Source of the DNA: an uncultured Alphaproteobacteria bacterium
GTDB lineage: Bacteria; Pseudomonadota; Alphaproteobacteria; Bin95
Length of the DNA stretch: 64,000 nt
Reading direction: 5' to 3'
Assembly: GCA_938083135.1 (NCBI GenBank)
Contig: CALLKY010000002.1
Span: forward strand, 16,097-80,096
Of this stretch, positions 10,428 through 20,165 are shown piece after piece. The notes under the pieces are model-generated. The model was not told the DNA's origin, searched no databases, and was given only the letters and a program-made list of their open reading frames with translations. Each line of letters opens with the position of its first letter. The stretch's first letter is position 1. A program made the translations under genes and the position numbers.

Positions 10428-10555
10428 GGTGATTGCCCGCCCATAGATTCATTCCATCAAGATTACAGCATATGTGGGCGCACATGGCATTGCTTGCCTC
10501 AAAAGATGCATTGGGGTCCAATACAGGAAGGAAATTTTGATGAAGGTGCTGATCG

Positions 10556-11380
10556 ATGAATGATGTTGGGTTGAGCGTTGAGACGCGGTCTGTTGCGGCG
10601 CAGGTTCGCTACGTCAATGCGGAGTGGAAGGGGCGGGAGGACATTCCTCGGATCGGCTCCAAGGAAACGCGCCGGGCCAATACCTCCAATCAGGATATCC
10701 GCGTCCATGATGTTCGTGCGGCCCATGCGGCTGGCCTGAAGTCGCTTGATCGCAATGGCTATACGCTGGCGAAGCTGACCCCGGGCGTTCCGGACTTCCG
10801 TGACGAAGCCAGTGTTGAGAAGCTCTACTACCCGCAGATTCAAGACCTGCTGAAGCGCGAAACCGGCGCTGACCACGCATTCGTTTATGGCCATCTGGTG
10901 CGCACCGAAAAGCCGATTGATTTCAATGATGGTTACGCCCGCTTTGTCCATTGCGACTACAACATCAAGCGCCTGACAGAGATGTCTGAGGATGTGCTGA
11001 CAAAGCATGGTGTCGAGCCTAAGGCCAACTGGACCTATGCATGGTTCAATACTTGGCAGCCGTTTGACAATGTCGCGGCGCATAACCCGCTTGCGTTCAT
11101 CGATTGGGAATCGCTGCCGGAAGACGATGTGATCGACTATTTCTACACGGGTCGGAACCGGGACAGCCTCGTTGCCGCGCCCGTCTACAATCCAGATCAC
11201 AAGTGGTGCTTCTTTCCGAACATGACGCCGGAAGAGATCCTGGTATTTAAGCAGATGGATGGCCGATCCGACCGCTCGGTTTATTGCCCGCACACATCCT
11301 TCGACAACAAGGATGCACCAGCAGACGCACCACCCCGTCGCAGCATAGAAATGCGCATGCTCGCCGTGTTTGAGGATTGA
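10556..11380 (+). CDS. CmcJ/NvfI-family oxidoreductase (putative Fe/2OG dioxygenase)
   Basis: SLDRNGY, YYPQ, HCDY, NTWQP..PLA, PHTSF, RRSIEMR motifs. Confidence 0.82.
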   Translation: MNDVGLSVETRSVAAQVRYVNAEWKGREDIPRIGSKETRRANTSNQDIRVHDVRAAHAAGLKSLDRNGYTLAKLTPGVPDFRDEASVEKLYYPQIQDLLKRETGADHAFVYGHLVRTEKPIDFNDGYARFVHCDYNIKRLTEMSEDVLTKHGVEPKANWTYAWFNTWQPFDNVAAHNPLAFIDWESLPEDDVIDYFYTGRNRDSLVAAPVYNPDHKWCFFPNMTPEEILVFKQMDGRSDRSVYCPHTSFDNKDAPADAPPRRSIEMRMLAVFED

Positions 11381-12225
11381 TGATGAACCAAGCGCGGAAG
11401 CCCGTCGCCGTTGTCATTGGTGCCACATCCAAATGGCAGTCTGATGGCCGCAATACGAAGCTCGCCCATGGTGATGTGCTGGATGATTCGGACCTGCCAG
11501 TTGGCATTCGCTGGGGCATTGGCGGTGCGGTGGCGCAGAAGTTTGCAGCAGAAGGCTTTTTCACAGTCCTGACGACGCGGACTGCCAGCAACGCTTCAGC
11601 GCTTGAGACGGCGATCAAAGACCAAGGCGGCGATTGCATGACCGTCGAGCTCGACCTGTCGTCGGCAGACTCGATATCGGCAGCGTTTGCCACCATCAGG
11701 GACGTCGCTGGTGATCCAGAAGTGCTGGTTTACAACGCCGGATATCTAGAAGGCCGTGACTTACCGCCAGAAATGGAGTTGCTGGAATACATCCCGGTTG
11801 AGATGTTTGACACGGCTCAGCACATCGCAAGCCGTGGTCCATTCCTGGTGGCCAAAGAAGTATTGCCGGCGATGCGGAAAAAGGGGCAGGGGTCTTTCCT
11901 AATCTCCAACAATTCAAGTTCGCTTCGGGGGCGTAAGCGCATGACCGGCCAGTCGCTGTATTACCCACGGGTGATGATGCGGACGCTGGCCCAGGTTCTG
12001 ACGGAAGAATATTCAGAACACGGCGTTCACGTTGCGAACATCGTGATCGACGGCTTGATTGATTCCCCTGGCACCCGCGCCTTGCCGAAGGCCCAGGAAG
12101 CGCCAGAGATCGTCATGAATCCGGTGAAGATTGCAGAGGCTTTCTATTACCTCCACACGCAGGATCGGTCTGTATGGACCCATGAACTGCAAATGACACC
12201 CTATTCGACCAAGCCCAGCTATTAG
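11380..12225 (+). CDS. Atypical SDR family protein
   Basis: Rossmann elements (VVIGAT...GIGGAVA, YNAG, HVANIVIDG, WTHEL) with an insertion in the Gly motif and no YxxxK; start 11377-11383. Confidence 0.8.
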   Translation: MMNQARKPVAVVIGATSKWQSDGRNTKLAHGDVLDDSDLPVGIRWGIGGAVAQKFAAEGFFTVLTTRTASNASALETAIKDQGGDCMTVELDLSSADSISAAFATIRDVAGDPEVLVYNAGYLEGRDLPPEMELLEYIPVEMFDTAQHIASRGPFLVAKEVLPAMRKKGQGSFLISNNSSSLRGRKRMTGQSLYYPRVMMRTLAQVLTEEYSEHGVHVANIVIDGLIDSPGTRALPKAQEAPEIVMNPVKIAEAFYYLHTQDRSVWTHELQMTPYSTKPSY

Positions 12226-12238
12226 GGTTTCTCTGCTT

Positions 12239-12379
12239 CCGCAGGCTTCCCCCCTTGCCCTGATCCCCTCTCCCCCCGATGGGGGGCGAGGGGATCCTTA
12301 CGAAATCTGCTGCCTCTCTTTCTTTTAGAACCCTCTCCCCCCACAGGGGGAGAGGGCAGGGTGAGGGGGAAGCCTGCGG
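12239..12379. repeat. Palindromic REP/MITE-like element between convergent genes
   Basis: 15-bp terminal inverted repeat CCGCAGGCTTCCCCC (12239-12253 / 12365-12379) enclosing hairpins at 12262-12296 and 12332-12356 (CCCTCTCCCCC-ACA-GGGGGAGAGGG). Confidence 0.85.
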
Positions 12380-12397
12380 GCTCAAAGACTGCGGCAC

Positions 12398-13099
12398 TTA
12401 ACGCGGCAAGCTTTCCACCAACCATTTCACGTAGGTTTCGATAGAAAACACAGGTAGGCCAGTGGCTTCAGCGATAGCCTTCTTGTAAGGCGGCATGTTT
12501 GTGCATTCCAGCAGAATGGCCCCAAGGTGCGGATGGGCCGCTTGGAAAGCACGCGCTGCAGCGGCAAGGTCAGCCTCTGCTTGATCAACATCCAGCGTCA
12601 GCGCATTGCCCAGAATCGCGCGCTGAAATTCACAGCCGTCTGCAATACCTGCAACCGGTGTGCCTTCAGGAACGCCCGCTGCCTGCAAATGCGCCTCCGT
12701 TAAGGTCGCCGCTGAAATCGTGAGAATGCCGACGCGGCGGCCCGGCGGCAGCACAGCTTGGATCGCGGCTGCCTGCATTAACGCCGAGGTTGCGACGGGC
12801 ACGCCGAGCGCTGTTGATAGTTCAGCCTGGAATTTGGCTAGAAAGCCGCAATTCGTCGTGATGATCCGGCAGCCTTCAGCAACCAGTTCGCGCCCTGCCT
12901 CGATGAACGCATCTAACGTGCCTTCTGCGCCTTGCAAAACGACCACTTCAGGCGAGGCACCGCGTACGATTTTGTAGCGGACTGGGAAAGGCCACGTCCG
13001 AGCATTGCCCATGTCGCCCAAAATGCGCGGGAATTGAGCGTCCAGCATAAGAATGCCAAGATCAATGCCGTAGATCGGTTGCCCGCCTGTCGCGATCAT
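12398..13099 (-). CDS. Aspartate/glutamate/hydantoin racemase family protein
   Basis: Two catalytic Cys motifs ITTNCGFL and LLECTNMPPY; overlaps the upstream Mo-enzyme gene by 4 nt. Confidence 0.85.
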   Translation of the reverse strand: MIATGGQPIYGIDLGILMLDAQFPRILGDMGNARTWPFPVRYKIVRGASPEVVVLQGAEGTLDAFIEAGRELVAEGCRIITTNCGFLAKFQAELSTALGVPVATSALMQAAAIQAVLPPGRRVGILTISAATLTEAHLQAAGVPEGTPVAGIADGCEFQRAILGNALTLDVDQAEADLAAAARAFQAAHPHLGAILLECTNMPPYKKAIAEATGLPVFSIETYVKWLVESLPR

Positions 13100-15459
13100 G
13101 CTGGTTTACCTGTCTTTGCGGCTTGAATGGTTTGCCAGACGCGTTCGGGCGTCGTCGGCATTTCAACGTGCTTCACGCCGTAATCCGAAAGCGCATCCAC
13201 AATGGCGTTGACGACCAAACCAAGTGCCGGTGTCGTGCCGCCTTCGCCGCCCGGCCGCACACCATGGGGATGGGATGTGGATGGGACTTCAGAGATAATC
13301 GTGTGCATTGGCGGAACGGTATCGGCGCGGGGCATGGCATAGTCCATGAATGATCCAGACAGCAATTGCGCACTTTCCGGCTCGTAATGAATGCTTTCCA
13401 GCAGCGCCTGTCCAAGGCCTTGGGCAATGGCACCATGGGCTTGGCCATGCAGGATCAATGGATTGATCGCGCGCCCAACATCGTCAACGCCAGTCCAGGA
13501 CAAAATAGCTGCGTGGCCGGTTTCCGGGTCAACTTCGACTTCGCAGACATGGGTGCCATATGGAAACCCGCCATCTCGGTTCGTGATGTCGCCAATGCCT
13601 TCGAAATGGCCGGAAAGTGCGGAGGGCAGGCTGTTCAGCGTGGCTGCCGCCTCCGCCGCTTCAAATAACGTCACCGCAGCACCATTGGGTCCTCTAAATA
13701 CGCCTGATGCATAGGCGACATCTTCAACAGGTGCCTGCATCAAATGCGCTGCAATCTCGCTCCCTTTGGCGAGTAGGTCCTTAATTGCATGATCGATGGC
13801 GATGCTGACCAGCCGCATAGATCTACCAGAATGCGACCCGCCGCCAACAGAAACGCGGTTCGTATCATTATCGATATAGCGGATGATGTCGAACGGCACG
13901 TCCAGCCACTCACTTAGAACTTGTGCGTAACTGGTCTCATGTCCTTGGCCGCTACTCATGGTGCCGGCGACCAATTCAATCGTGCCGTCGATGCAGATAC
14001 GGATTTCGGCGCGCTCACGCGGGATGCCGCTGGTCACTTCAATGTAGTTTGCGACAGCTATGCCTCGGCAAAGGCCGCGCTTGGCGCTTTCTGCTTTGCG
14101 GGCGCTGAACCTGGCCCAATCAGCAGCCTCGAGCGCTTGATCCATCGCATCCGTATAGTCACCGCTGTCATAGGTGACGCCGACTGCGGTGGTGAACGGC
14201 ATGGCGTCTGCCGCTATCAGATTACGACGGCGCAGCTCCGCACGATCAAAGCCACATTGGTTTGCCGCCAAATCGATCAGCCGCTCAATCACGTAAATCG
14301 CCTCAGGTCGCCCGGCGCTTCGATAAACGGCGGTTGGTGCGGTATTGGTGAATACGGCGTGGCCGTCGAAATGGAGTGCCGGAATGTCGTAGACGCTTTG
14401 CATCAGCGATAGCCCTTTGCGCAACGGCCAATAGTACGCGAGGTATGCGCCGAGGTTCGACGTATTCACGCCCCGCAGGCCTAAGAACTTGCCTTCTGCG
14501 TCCAACGCTAATTCCGCTGTAACGGCTAGGTCGCGGCCCTGATAGTCGCTGAGGAAGCACTCGCTTCGGCTGGCGATCCACTTGACCGGGCGGCCCACGC
14601 GTTTTGCGGCCCATGGAATGAGCAACGCTTCTGGGAAGAAGGCATTTCGGGTGCCAAAGTTCCCGCCCATATCGCCGAAGACAGCGCGGGCATTTTCCAA
14701 CGGTACGCCGAGCATATGGGCCATGCGCTCCCGTGTTTGAACAGCGCCACGCCCGGACCCGGTTCGAACGGTGTAAAAATCCCGCCCCGCATCATACTCG
14801 CCGACCACCGCACGCGGCTCCATAGGGGCGCCGGTGATACGGTTGACCCAGGTGTCGAACTTGACGACATGTGGAGCGTTCTTAAAGGCTGCATCTGTGG
14901 CCGCTTTGTCTCCCACCTCGCAGGTGAGGGAGAGGTTGCCAGCACAGGCATCCCAAACTTGCGGCGCATCCGGTTTCCGGGCCGCCCGGGCGTCTGTGAC
15001 TGCGGGGAGCGGCGTGTAGTCGACGCTAACCAATTCCGCTGCATCCATTGCAAGCGTTTGTGTTTCAGCAATGACAATCGCGACTGGCTCACCGACAAAG
15101 CGAACGCGGTGGTGCGGTAAGGCGTGATGCTCGGGGGAGTAGGTCTCGAACCCGTCTGGGAGCCGTAATACGGCATCTGGTCCGCCAGCATATTCGGCAT
15201 TGTGTGGGATTGGTTTCAGTCCGTCTTCGGTCGCGTCAGCGCCCGTCAAAACAGCATATACGCCTTCGAGTGCCAGGGCATCCGCCGCGTCTATGCCGTT
15301 GATGTCCGCATGGGCATAGGGGGAGCGCACGATGGCGGCGTGTGTCATGCCGTCTGGGAATACATCTGCTGTATACAGTCCGCGTCCAGTTGTCAGCCGT
15401 GCGTCTTCGGTCCGTTGGACCGGGGCGCCAATGCCTGTGGCCCGTTTTGCGCTCGTCAT
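13096..15459 (-). CDS. Xanthine-dehydrogenase-family molybdopterin-binding subunit (CoxL form II-like)
   Basis: RTEDARL, MGGNFG, YRSAGRPEA, GQGHET, DDVGRAINP, GGEGG. Confidence 0.9.
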   Translation of the reverse strand: MTSAKRATGIGAPVQRTEDARLTTGRGLYTADVFPDGMTHAAIVRSPYAHADINGIDAADALALEGVYAVLTGADATEDGLKPIPHNAEYAGGPDAVLRLPDGFETYSPEHHALPHHRVRFVGEPVAIVIAETQTLAMDAAELVSVDYTPLPAVTDARAARKPDAPQVWDACAGNLSLTCEVGDKAATDAAFKNAPHVVKFDTWVNRITGAPMEPRAVVGEYDAGRDFYTVRTGSGRGAVQTRERMAHMLGVPLENARAVFGDMGGNFGTRNAFFPEALLIPWAAKRVGRPVKWIASRSECFLSDYQGRDLAVTAELALDAEGKFLGLRGVNTSNLGAYLAYYWPLRKGLSLMQSVYDIPALHFDGHAVFTNTAPTAVYRSAGRPEAIYVIERLIDLAANQCGFDRAELRRRNLIAADAMPFTTAVGVTYDSGDYTDAMDQALEAADWARFSARKAESAKRGLCRGIAVANYIEVTSGIPRERAEIRICIDGTIELVAGTMSSGQGHETSYAQVLSEWLDVPFDIIRYIDNDTNRVSVGGGSHSGRSMRLVSIAIDHAIKDLLAKGSEIAAHLMQAPVEDVAYASGVFRGPNGAAVTLFEAAEAAATLNSLPSALSGHFEGIGDITNRDGGFPYGTHVCEVEVDPETGHAAILSWTGVDDVGRAINPLILHGQAHGAIAQGLGQALLESIHYEPESAQLLSGSFMDYAMPRADTVPPMHTIISEVPSTSHPHGVRPGGEGGTTPALGLVVNAIVDALSDYGVKHVEMPTTPERVWQTIQAAKTGKPA

Positions 15460-17075
15460 GCGGCGGATTCCATCTTTATTCCACGTATGAGGTCCGCCCC
15501 TTTTTCCGCAATTGCGATTGTGGAGGCGAAGGTGTTGGCAGAGGGGAGCATGGGCATGATTGAAGCGTCAATCACCCGCAATCCTTCAGCACCGATAACC
15601 CGCAATTCATCGTCAACGACAGACCGGGCATCATCCTTGCGCCCCATGCGGCAGGTTCCAACCAAGTGATAGCCCGTATTGCCGCGTCGCTTGGCGAAAT
15701 CAAGCAGTTCGTCATCGCTATCGATATTCATACCGGGCAAGGTTTCGCTGTGGAAATACCCAGCAAGCTCCGGCGTCCCTAGCAATTTTCTGGATAAACG
15801 CAGGCCCGCAAGCGTGATGCGCTGGTCTTCTTCTGCTGCCAGAAAGTTCGGTTGCACGGCGGGCGCTTCCGCCGGATTGGTTGTCCGGGCGCGGACATAG
15901 CCGGTGCTAACCGGGCGGGGCTGTGCCGCGCCGCAGGTCATGCCCGGATAGTCGTCTAGAACATACACTTTGCCATCCTGATAACTGCCTGGCGTGAATA
16001 GAATTCTAAGGTCGCTTTCTTCCAGGCTCGGATGCGATTTTCCGTGGACAAATGCGATGGTCGGGCAGAGCGCCAGCACGCTTGGCCGTTTCAGCATCCA
16101 CTTCGCGATCTCTATGGGTAGGCGCGGCCAGCGGGCGTATTCATTGATAGTCTTGACGTCCTTAGCCCGCGCCGTCATGCGGACGGAATAGTGATCCCGC
16201 AGGTTCTCACCCACACCTTCAAGTACAATCTTCACGGGCGCGCCAATGTCCCGCAACAGTGCGGCCGGGCCAATGCCAGATATCTGTAGCAGTTTGGCGG
16301 AATTGACTGTTCCGGCGCTCAGAATGACTTCGCGCCGCGCCCTAACAGTGCGGCCCGTCCCGCTGCCGTCACGATATTGAATGCCAGTGGCGCGCCGCCC
16401 ATCCATCTCAATTGCTGTTGCTTGGGCGCGTGTGCGGAGTTCAACGTTCTGGCGGTGGAGTGCCGGTTTTAAGAACGCGTCGGCAGCACTAACCCGTTTG
16501 CCGTTGTGGATGTAGCGTTGGAAATAGCCCGCACCGTATTGTGTTCCGGCGTTGTAGTCAGCGATGCGGGGAATGCCTAAGCCTTCAGCGCCCTTCAGAA
16601 AAGCCTCGGCGACCGGATTGAACCAGTCGATATCAGTGATGGGTAGTTCGCCCGTACGCCCTCGAAATGCGTCATTGCCATCACCAATGCGCCGTTCAGA
16701 ACGTTTGAAATAGGGCAGTAGGTCATCAAAACCCCAGCCGCGATTGCCCATCTGTGCCCAGGTGTCGAAATCGGCCCGTTGGCCACGGTTATAGACCATG
16801 CCGTTGATCGAACTGGAGCCGCCAAGGACGCGGCCTTGGGGTAACGCCACTGTCCGCCCGTCCAGCGAGGCCGCCGGTTCGCTGACAAAAGGCCATACAA
16901 ACCGGTCGCCATAGAGCGTTTTTACAAACCCAGCCGGAATTTTGATGAATGGGTGCCGGTCACTGCCACCGGCTTCCAAAATGCATACGGTCGCTTTGCC
17001 GTCCGCACTCAATCGGTTCGCCAAGACGCATCCGGCAGGGCCAGCACCAGCGATGACGTAGTCGAATTCATCCAT
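15456..17075 (-). CDS. GMC oxidoreductase (choline/alcohol dehydrogenase-like)
   Basis: DYVIAGAGPAG, GRVLGGSSSINGM, YHLVGTCRMG, ANT; GGAGA before ATG 17075. Confidence 0.92.
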   Translation of the reverse strand: MDEFDYVIAGAGPAGCVLANRLSADGKATVCILEAGGSDRHPFIKIPAGFVKTLYGDRFVWPFVSEPAASLDGRTVALPQGRVLGGSSSINGMVYNRGQRADFDTWAQMGNRGWGFDDLLPYFKRSERRIGDGNDAFRGRTGELPITDIDWFNPVAEAFLKGAEGLGIPRIADYNAGTQYGAGYFQRYIHNGKRVSAADAFLKPALHRQNVELRTRAQATAIEMDGRRATGIQYRDGSGTGRTVRARREVILSAGTVNSAKLLQISGIGPAALLRDIGAPVKIVLEGVGENLRDHYSVRMTARAKDVKTINEYARWPRLPIEIAKWMLKRPSVLALCPTIAFVHGKSHPSLEESDLRILFTPGSYQDGKVYVLDDYPGMTCGAAQPRPVSTGYVRARTTNPAEAPAVQPNFLAAEEDQRITLAGLRLSRKLLGTPELAGYFHSETLPGMNIDSDDELLDFAKRRGNTGYHLVGTCRMGRKDDARSVVDDELRVIGAEGLRVIDASIMPMLPSANTFASTIAIAEKGADLIRGIKMESAA

Positions 17076-17219
17076 GGGCGGAGTCTCCATGCGCCGACAG
17101 TAATCCATTGAGTGTAGGCGAGGGTGCGCCTTGTGCGGAAGCATGGCGATATTCCAACACACATGCGAGCGTCCTATGATATCGCCAGCAATCGAATGTG
17201 CTGAGGCAGGAGCCATCCC

Positions 17220-18899
17220 ATGACCGATAAAACAGAGACTGATTTTGAAGTGATTGTGATTGGGGCCGGCGTTGCTGGCATCTATCAGATCAAGCGATTG
17301 GTGGACCTTGGCGTTTCGGCGACCGTGCTGGAAGCCGCACCCGACTTGGGCGGCACTTGGTATAATAACCGCTATCCGGGGGCGCGGTTTGATTCCGAAA
17401 GCTATACCTACGGCTATTCCTTCTCCAAGGAAGTCCTGGCGGAATGGAACTGGCGGGAGATGTTTTCGCCCCAGCCGGATAACCTGGAATATCTGAACTT
17501 CGTTGCGGATAAATTCAGCCTACGCGACCATATGCAGTTCAATTGCCGGGTTGATGCCGCCGTATTCGACGAGAGTGCGAATATCTGGCGGCTTACGGTA
17601 AATGACGGTCGTACGCTGACTTGCAGCTTTGTGGTTATGGCGCTTGGGCTGCTATCGATGCCCACATATCCAAAGATTGAAGGCAGGGCGGATTTCAAAG
17701 GCCAATCGTTCCACACATTCGACTGGCCCCATGATCCGCCGGACCTGTCTGATAAGCGGGTCGCCATTATCGGAACCGGTGCGACAGCCATTCAGGTGAT
17801 CGGAGAGATAGCGGACAAGGTTGGTGATTTGACGGTATTTCAGCGCCGCCCGAATTGGAGTGCGCCGCTGAATAACAGTAAGATCACTGACAGCGACATG
17901 GCGCGCATCCGTGCCCGTTATGACGAAATCTTCGAGACGTGCGCCCGCACACCGGGTGGCTTTGAGCATGAGCCGGACCGCCGCGGCTTCCATGAGGTTT
18001 CGAGGGAAGAGCGATTGTCGCTTTGGGACCGGCTCTATGATGAGCCCGGCTTTGGCATCTGGCTGCAGAACTTCCGTGAAATCTTTACCGATGATGATGC
18101 CAACGCAGAGATATCTGACTATATCGCGGACCGCATTCGCCAGCGCGTGCATGATCCCGAAACGGCTGAAACCCTGATCCCGAAAGACCACGGTTTCGGG
18201 GTTCAGCGGGTTCCGCTCGAGACAAACTACTTTGAGGCTTACAACCGGGACAACGTGCATCTCGTCGACATCAGCAAGACACCGCTGGAGTGCGTGACAG
18301 AAACTGGCCTGCGCACGACTGAACAAGACTATGCGTTCGATGTGATTGTCTATGCCACAGGTTTTGACGCGATCACGGGCGCTTATGACCATGTGGACAT
18401 TCAAGGCGTCGGCGGTGAGCGGCTGCGGGATAAATGGCGGGAAGGGCCATCAACATTCCTCGGCGTGTTTATTCATGGGTTCCCGAACCTTTTGATGCCG
18501 AACGGTCCGCAGAGTGGTTCTGCTTCAACCAACTATCCGCGCGGAATTGAGGTTGGCGTCGATTGGGTGACAGATTTTCTGGAACACGCCTGGGCCAATG
18601 GCATCACGCGCGCTGAGGCGACGGAACCTGCGGAGGCCAGGTGGACGCAGCATGTGACAGATATGTATTCCCGCATGTTGATGCGGAAGGCAAAGTCCTG
18701 GTTCACAGGCTACAATTCCAATGTGGAAGGCCACGAGGAAGGCAGCATCCGCTACTTCGTCTACAATGGCGGCATGCCGAAATATGTCTCGGTGATCAAT
18801 GAAGTTGCGGCGAACGGGTACGAGGGCTTGACCCTTTCCGGCCCTGGCGCGCCTGGTGACCCGAGCGGTGGAGCCGGTGACCGGCGGTCCGCTGGCTGA
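17220..18899 (+). CDS. Type I Baeyer-Villiger monooxygenase
   Basis: GAGVAG, GGTWYNNRYPGARFD, fingerprint FKGQSFHTFDW (FxGxxxHxxxW), GTGATA, ATGFD, SWFTGYNSN. Confidence 0.93.
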   Translation: MTDKTETDFEVIVIGAGVAGIYQIKRLVDLGVSATVLEAAPDLGGTWYNNRYPGARFDSESYTYGYSFSKEVLAEWNWREMFSPQPDNLEYLNFVADKFSLRDHMQFNCRVDAAVFDESANIWRLTVNDGRTLTCSFVVMALGLLSMPTYPKIEGRADFKGQSFHTFDWPHDPPDLSDKRVAIIGTGATAIQVIGEIADKVGDLTVFQRRPNWSAPLNNSKITDSDMARIRARYDEIFETCARTPGGFEHEPDRRGFHEVSREERLSLWDRLYDEPGFGIWLQNFREIFTDDDANAEISDYIADRIRQRVHDPETAETLIPKDHGFGVQRVPLETNYFEAYNRDNVHLVDISKTPLECVTETGLRTTEQDYAFDVIVYATGFDAITGAYDHVDIQGVGGERLRDKWREGPSTFLGVFIHGFPNLLMPNGPQSGSASTNYPRGIEVGVDWVTDFLEHAWANGITRAEATEPAEARWTQHVTDMYSRMLMRKAKSWFTGYNSNVEGHEEGSIRYFVYNGGMPKYVSVINEVAANGYEGLTLSGPGAPGDPSGGAGDRRSAG

Positions 18900-18906
18900 G
18901 CCGTCG

Positions 18907-20124
18907 ATGACTGAAGCGCATATGCGCGATGCCGTTACGGGTGGCGCCATTGAAGGCGGCTATGCGCCTGCGTTCGAGGGCGTTTATCAGGCATTCCGGG
19001 AGAATTTTGAAGCGTTTGGCGAGCAGGGTGCGACCGTATGCCTATCTGTTGGCGGCGAAACCGTTGTTGATCTTTGGGGCGGCATAGCAGACCCAAAGAC
19101 AGCTGCACCCTGGCAGCGCAACACTGTTGCCGTTGTTTTTTCCTGCACCAAAGCTGCGACTGCGCTCGCTGCGCATCTGCTGGCAGATCGGGGCGCGCTT
19201 GATCTCGATGCGCCGGTCGCCTCAATCTGGCCGGAATTTGGCGTTGCTGGAAAAGCAGGCGTTACAACAAGGATGCTGCTGGATCATACGGCTGGCCTGC
19301 CTGCAATACGCACACCTTTGAAGCCAGACTGTTTGCTGTACTGGGATTATATGACGGGCCATCTAGCGGCGGAGGCACCATTTTGGGAACCAGGAACGCG
19401 CTTGGGCTATCACGCGATAACCTTCGGCTATCTGGTTGGGGAGGTGGTGCGGCGGGTTAGCGGACAATCGCTCGGCGCATTCTTTCAGGAAGAAATTGCA
19501 CGGCCAATCGGGATCGATTTCTGGATTGGATTGCCTGCGCGTGAAGAACCGCGCGTGGCACCCATCACGCCCTATCGCTTCAACAAGAACGATGAGGAGC
19601 CGCCGTTCATCAAAGCGGCGCGGACAAAAGGCTCTATCGCAAACCTATTCATTTTTAATCACGGCGACTGGATGGCCCGAGGCGTCAACACGCGTGCTGG
19701 ACACGCAGCCGAGATCGGGGCTGCAGGCGGCATAACCAATGGGCGAGGGCTTTGCGGCATGTTTGAGGCGCTGCTGCAGCCCGGCGGCCCACTTGGCCTT
19801 TCCGGCAAAACGCTCGCAGGTTTTTCTGAGACGTCCTCCGCAACGCACATGGACGCCACGCTGCAAATGCCGACGCGCTTTGGGCCAGGCTTCATGCACG
19901 CAATGGATAACAGACGTCGTCCTGGCGGTGGTGACAGCGTTATCCTGGGGTCAAGGGCGTTTGGTCATGTCGGCGCAGGCGGATCGCTTGGTTTTGCGGA
20001 CCCTGAGACCGGACTGGCGTTCGGCTATGTTATGAACCGCCAGGGGCCTGGATTGCTGCTGAACGCGCGTGGCCAACGATTGGTGGACGCTGCATATGGG
20101 GCGCTAGGCATATCTCATGCGTAA
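18907..20124 (+). CDS. Family VIII esterase (class C beta-lactamase fold serine hydrolase)
   Basis: SxxK (FSCTK), LLDHTAGL, GYHAITFG, FGHVGAGG. Confidence 0.9.
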   Translation: MTEAHMRDAVTGGAIEGGYAPAFEGVYQAFRENFEAFGEQGATVCLSVGGETVVDLWGGIADPKTAAPWQRNTVAVVFSCTKAATALAAHLLADRGALDLDAPVASIWPEFGVAGKAGVTTRMLLDHTAGLPAIRTPLKPDCLLYWDYMTGHLAAEAPFWEPGTRLGYHAITFGYLVGEVVRRVSGQSLGAFFQEEIARPIGIDFWIGLPAREEPRVAPITPYRFNKNDEEPPFIKAARTKGSIANLFIFNHGDWMARGVNTRAGHAAEIGAAGGITNGRGLCGMFEALLQPGGPLGLSGKTLAGFSETSSATHMDATLQMPTRFGPGFMHAMDNRRRPGGGDSVILGSRAFGHVGAGGSLGFADPETGLAFGYVMNRQGPGLLLNARGQRLVDAAYGALGISHA

Positions 20125-20165
20125 CTCTAAGCTTTCTCTGATTGCGAATTGAGCAGGGGCACGCG

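Noticed and set aside
10480..10500. Sigma54-like TGGCA...TTGC
   Set aside because: GG-to-GC spacing is 8 nt rather than the required 10.
10499..11293. 264-aa antisense ORF
   Set aside because: Shadow of the CmcJ/NvfI gene; no motifs; typical of GC-rich codon bias.
12113..12425. Short ORFs with PSPPVGGEG-like peptides
   Set aside because: Translations of the palindromic repeat, not genes.
13096..15459. Aerobic CO dehydrogenase (coxL form I)
   Set aside because: Lacks AYxCSFR; no coxM, coxS or accessory genes.
18907..20124. Beta-lactamase resistance gene
   Set aside because: No signal peptide; family VIII esterase motifs and BVMO context.
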